A stretch of DNA of 64,000 bases, taken from NCBI RefSeq assembly GCF_048593235.1, contig NC_133618.1, positions 204,962,221 through 205,026,220 on the forward strand, in the 5' to 3' direction. The position numbers and the translations under genes are program-made. Shown in pieces: positions 61,612-64,000 of the stretch. The first letter of the stretch is position 1, and every line of letters starts with the position of its first letter. Source of the DNA: Sminthopsis crassicaudata. Its lineage: Eukaryota. Under the pieces are notes generated by a model, which made no database searches, had not been told where the DNA came from, and saw nothing but the letters and a program-made list of their open reading frames with translations.

Positions 61612-62669
61612 CTATAATATTAAGAGTCATCATTTATACTGTGCTTACTGTGTGCCAGATACCATGCTGAGCATTTTACAAACATTTCATTTTATTCTCA
61701 GAACAACTCTGGGAGGTCAGTACTATTATTATCCTCCTTTTACAATTAAGGAAACTGAGGCAGAAATTAAGCAACTTGCTCAGAATCACATATCAGTAAG
61801 CTTCTGAGGCTGCATTTGAATTCAGCTTTTTTGAGCTCTAAACTTAGAAGCCCTTTATTTTCTTTATCAACAAGTGCTTGGAACCAGACCTGAGATTTTT
61901 TCCTTCATCATATATGTCTCTTCTCTATGAGGAAACTCCCCATATCAATGTAGCTCAACAACTGTTTGCAACCCGAATTGCCTGGTATATTAGTCCTCCT
62001 GATTCTGCCCTTCTTTCCAAAATGTTTGCAATATTCCACGTTGCTACTCAATATGTTACAAAACCTTCCCACGTCAATATAAATCTCGGAGGCAGTAGGA
62101 TATAGTCAAAAGAGCTAAGGGCAACTTCCCCCATTTTAAAGATTTGACAACGGAGACTAAAAAATTGAAATGACTTTGCTCTAGGAGACCACTCCTAGCA
62201 AGTTGCAGAACCAGGACTTCAACACAGACTACGTTACTTATTCCAAGCTCAGGCAGTGCTCTTTCTGGGTACCACACCGCCTCCCAAGCAGGAAGAATTT
62301 CCTAAGTCTTGATTCCCGTAACCTTTCCCAGGTGAAGGTCAGGCTCTGGAAACCCAGCTTTCGGGATGAGGAGTTGCTCAAGATGTGTTTCCCCAGAACC
62401 ACTGCTATTTTGCTCTACCACAATGTTGGCACTAAACACAGGTGATCGAAGCTACCGAACTGCCAATTAGTGGGAAATCTATTAAGCCTGATGTAGGAAG
62501 GGATGAGTGGAGATACTCGTCCAAATCTCCGAGATGGGGAGAAGCCAAGAACGGATGGGACGGGTCCTGGTACAGAGAGTCTGAAGAGGAGTACGCCGTC
62601 ACCTGACACACATTCCTTCGGTCAGTGTGGTTTGGCAGGAGCCTCCCACCTACTGTTCATTTGTTTAAA

Positions 62670-62677
62670 TGACGTCA
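62670..62677. promoter_or_regulatory. Full cAMP response element (TGACGTCA) in a CpG-retaining segment
   Basis: Exact palindrome, immediately followed by a G-rich tract at 62680-62701. Confidence 0.5.
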
Positions 62678-63174
62678 GTGGGGAGGGGGGCAGGGAGAGG
62701 GACACGACAGAAAAGCTCCAGGTATTATAAGTGGAAAGAAACCCTAACCAACACCTGCACCTGGTGTTTTTGCATTTCCCAACCCATCCATGGGACTGAG
62801 ACTTCAGAGATGTGGCTGTGTCGGTGGTTCTCATAAGGTGTGGCTTAGAAGTATGTTATCCTGGGAATCTGCATGGGCTGACAAGGGCTTGGAAAAAGAG
62901 GAGTTTCCCTGAGTACTTCCAGAGAACCAAATTTCACAGCTGTCATCTTAATTTAAGGGCCAGTGCGGAAAGTTTTGCTGTGTGCCCCAAAGTCAGCCTA
63001 GCTTAGTGCAAGGAGCTTTCTTTCAGTCATTCAACAAACATTTCCTCAACAGAGACTGTGCCAGGCACCAGAGGTAGAGTTAAAAAGTGATTGGGTATAA
63101 ATATAGGCATAAATAAATATAAAATATAAAGGTAAGAGTCTCCACCTTCAAGGAGCTTTCAAGGTGGGAAGTGG

Positions 63175-63390
63175 GTTGTTCAGGCATTTTTTTTAGTCAT
63201 ATCTAACTCCTCATGACCCCAGTTGGGATTCTTATTTTTCTTGGCAAAGATGCTAAAGTGGCTTGCTACTTCTTTCTGCAGCTCGTTTTACAGAAAAGGA
63301 AAGTGAGGCAAAAAGAATTAAATGACTAGGCAACAGCTTCTAAGTTTCTGAAAAAAATCTATCTTGTCTCCAAGGCCAGCACCCTATCCA
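63175..63390 (-). mobile_element. MAR1-type SINE, decayed
   Basis: catgacccc...ttcttggcaaagatgct...gcagctcgttttacaga. Confidence 0.7.
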
Positions 63391-64000
63391 CTGCAACCTT
63401 CCTACCTCAAGATAGAAAATATGCATAATACAAAATATATGCAAATTAAATACCAAGTCATTTGGGGGAGGAGGAAAGGGAAAGACTAGCAACTGAGAAA
63501 ATAAAGAAAAGTATTATTTAGGAAGGGGCATTAGATTTAGAAAGTTAGAAGACCTAGGATTAAGTCCTAGTTGTTCTATTGACTTGAAAAAGATCTATCT
63601 CATTTCTTTTCACCTCAGTTTCTTCATCTATAAAATGGGAGTTTGTGACATTGTGACATTAAGCTCTTTGAGACTTAACTTCTCAATTCATACTTCTCTA
63701 AAATGAGGGAGGACTGGCCTAGCTAAGGTTTCTTCCATAATGTCTATTATTATAATTTAACTAAATTATCTTTAAGCCTCATTATTTCTTTTGTTTTGTG
63801 GATCCTTTTTATTCTGACACTCTATGATCCTACATCTCAGTTCTCTAAATGGACAGGAAGACATCTAAGATTCAGCCCTGACCTTTTCCTTCCAGCAGTC
63901 CTAGACTTTACTCCTTTAATTTTTTTCTTCCAAAGACGAATGGGCCTGTCTCTCTGAGCCTTATCAAGAATTCTGGCAGGGGTGAGAAGCTTCTCTCTGC

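Noticed and set aside
62455-62480. LF-SINE similarity (CACTAATTGGCA on the minus strand)
   Set aside because: Only a 12-mer matches, and the flanks do not continue the alignment.
1-64000. tRNA genes, CRISPR arrays or prokaryotic-type systems
   Set aside because: tRNA-like A/B boxes are all SINE heads. Recurrent motifs are dispersed transposon copies, not regularly spaced repeat-spacer arrays. The DNA is mammalian and has no operon-like ORFs.

Overview
This window is AT-rich, strongly CpG-depleted, non-coding vertebrate DNA from a marsupial. It is probably a dasyurid such as the Tasmanian devil, judged from WSINE1-type CORE-SINEs, MAR1, RTE/WALLSI-type elements and marsupial-style L1 3' ends. 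It comes from a gapped draft assembly with six N-runs. I found no recognisable protein-coding exon, tRNA/rRNA gene or CRISPR array. Most supplied ORFs come from N-gaps, microsatellites or decayed LINEs. The window looks like a large intron or intergenic region, densely filled with MIR, L2, CR1/L3, L1, RTE-derived and hAT elements. I cannot support a claim of a new biological system here. The best leads are five. (i) A CpG-retaining, promoter-like island at about 62.0-62.8 kb with a full CRE, a G4/GC tract, a TATA-like motif and an AG..GT-bounded 85-codon open frame. (ii) A perfect RFX X-box at 55.9 kb beside a CTCF-like site and a frame-symmetric 126-nt candidate exon. (iii) A roughly 660-bp element with terminal inverted repeats, inserted in an old L2, that I cannot assign to a family. 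(iv) Several small CpG-retaining unique segments that look like enhancers. (v) A few candidate non-coding exons. Repeat family names come from my memory of consensus sequences and boundaries are approximate (tens of bp) unless TSDs or TIRs are given. Many additional small MIR/L2 fragments are not listed individually.
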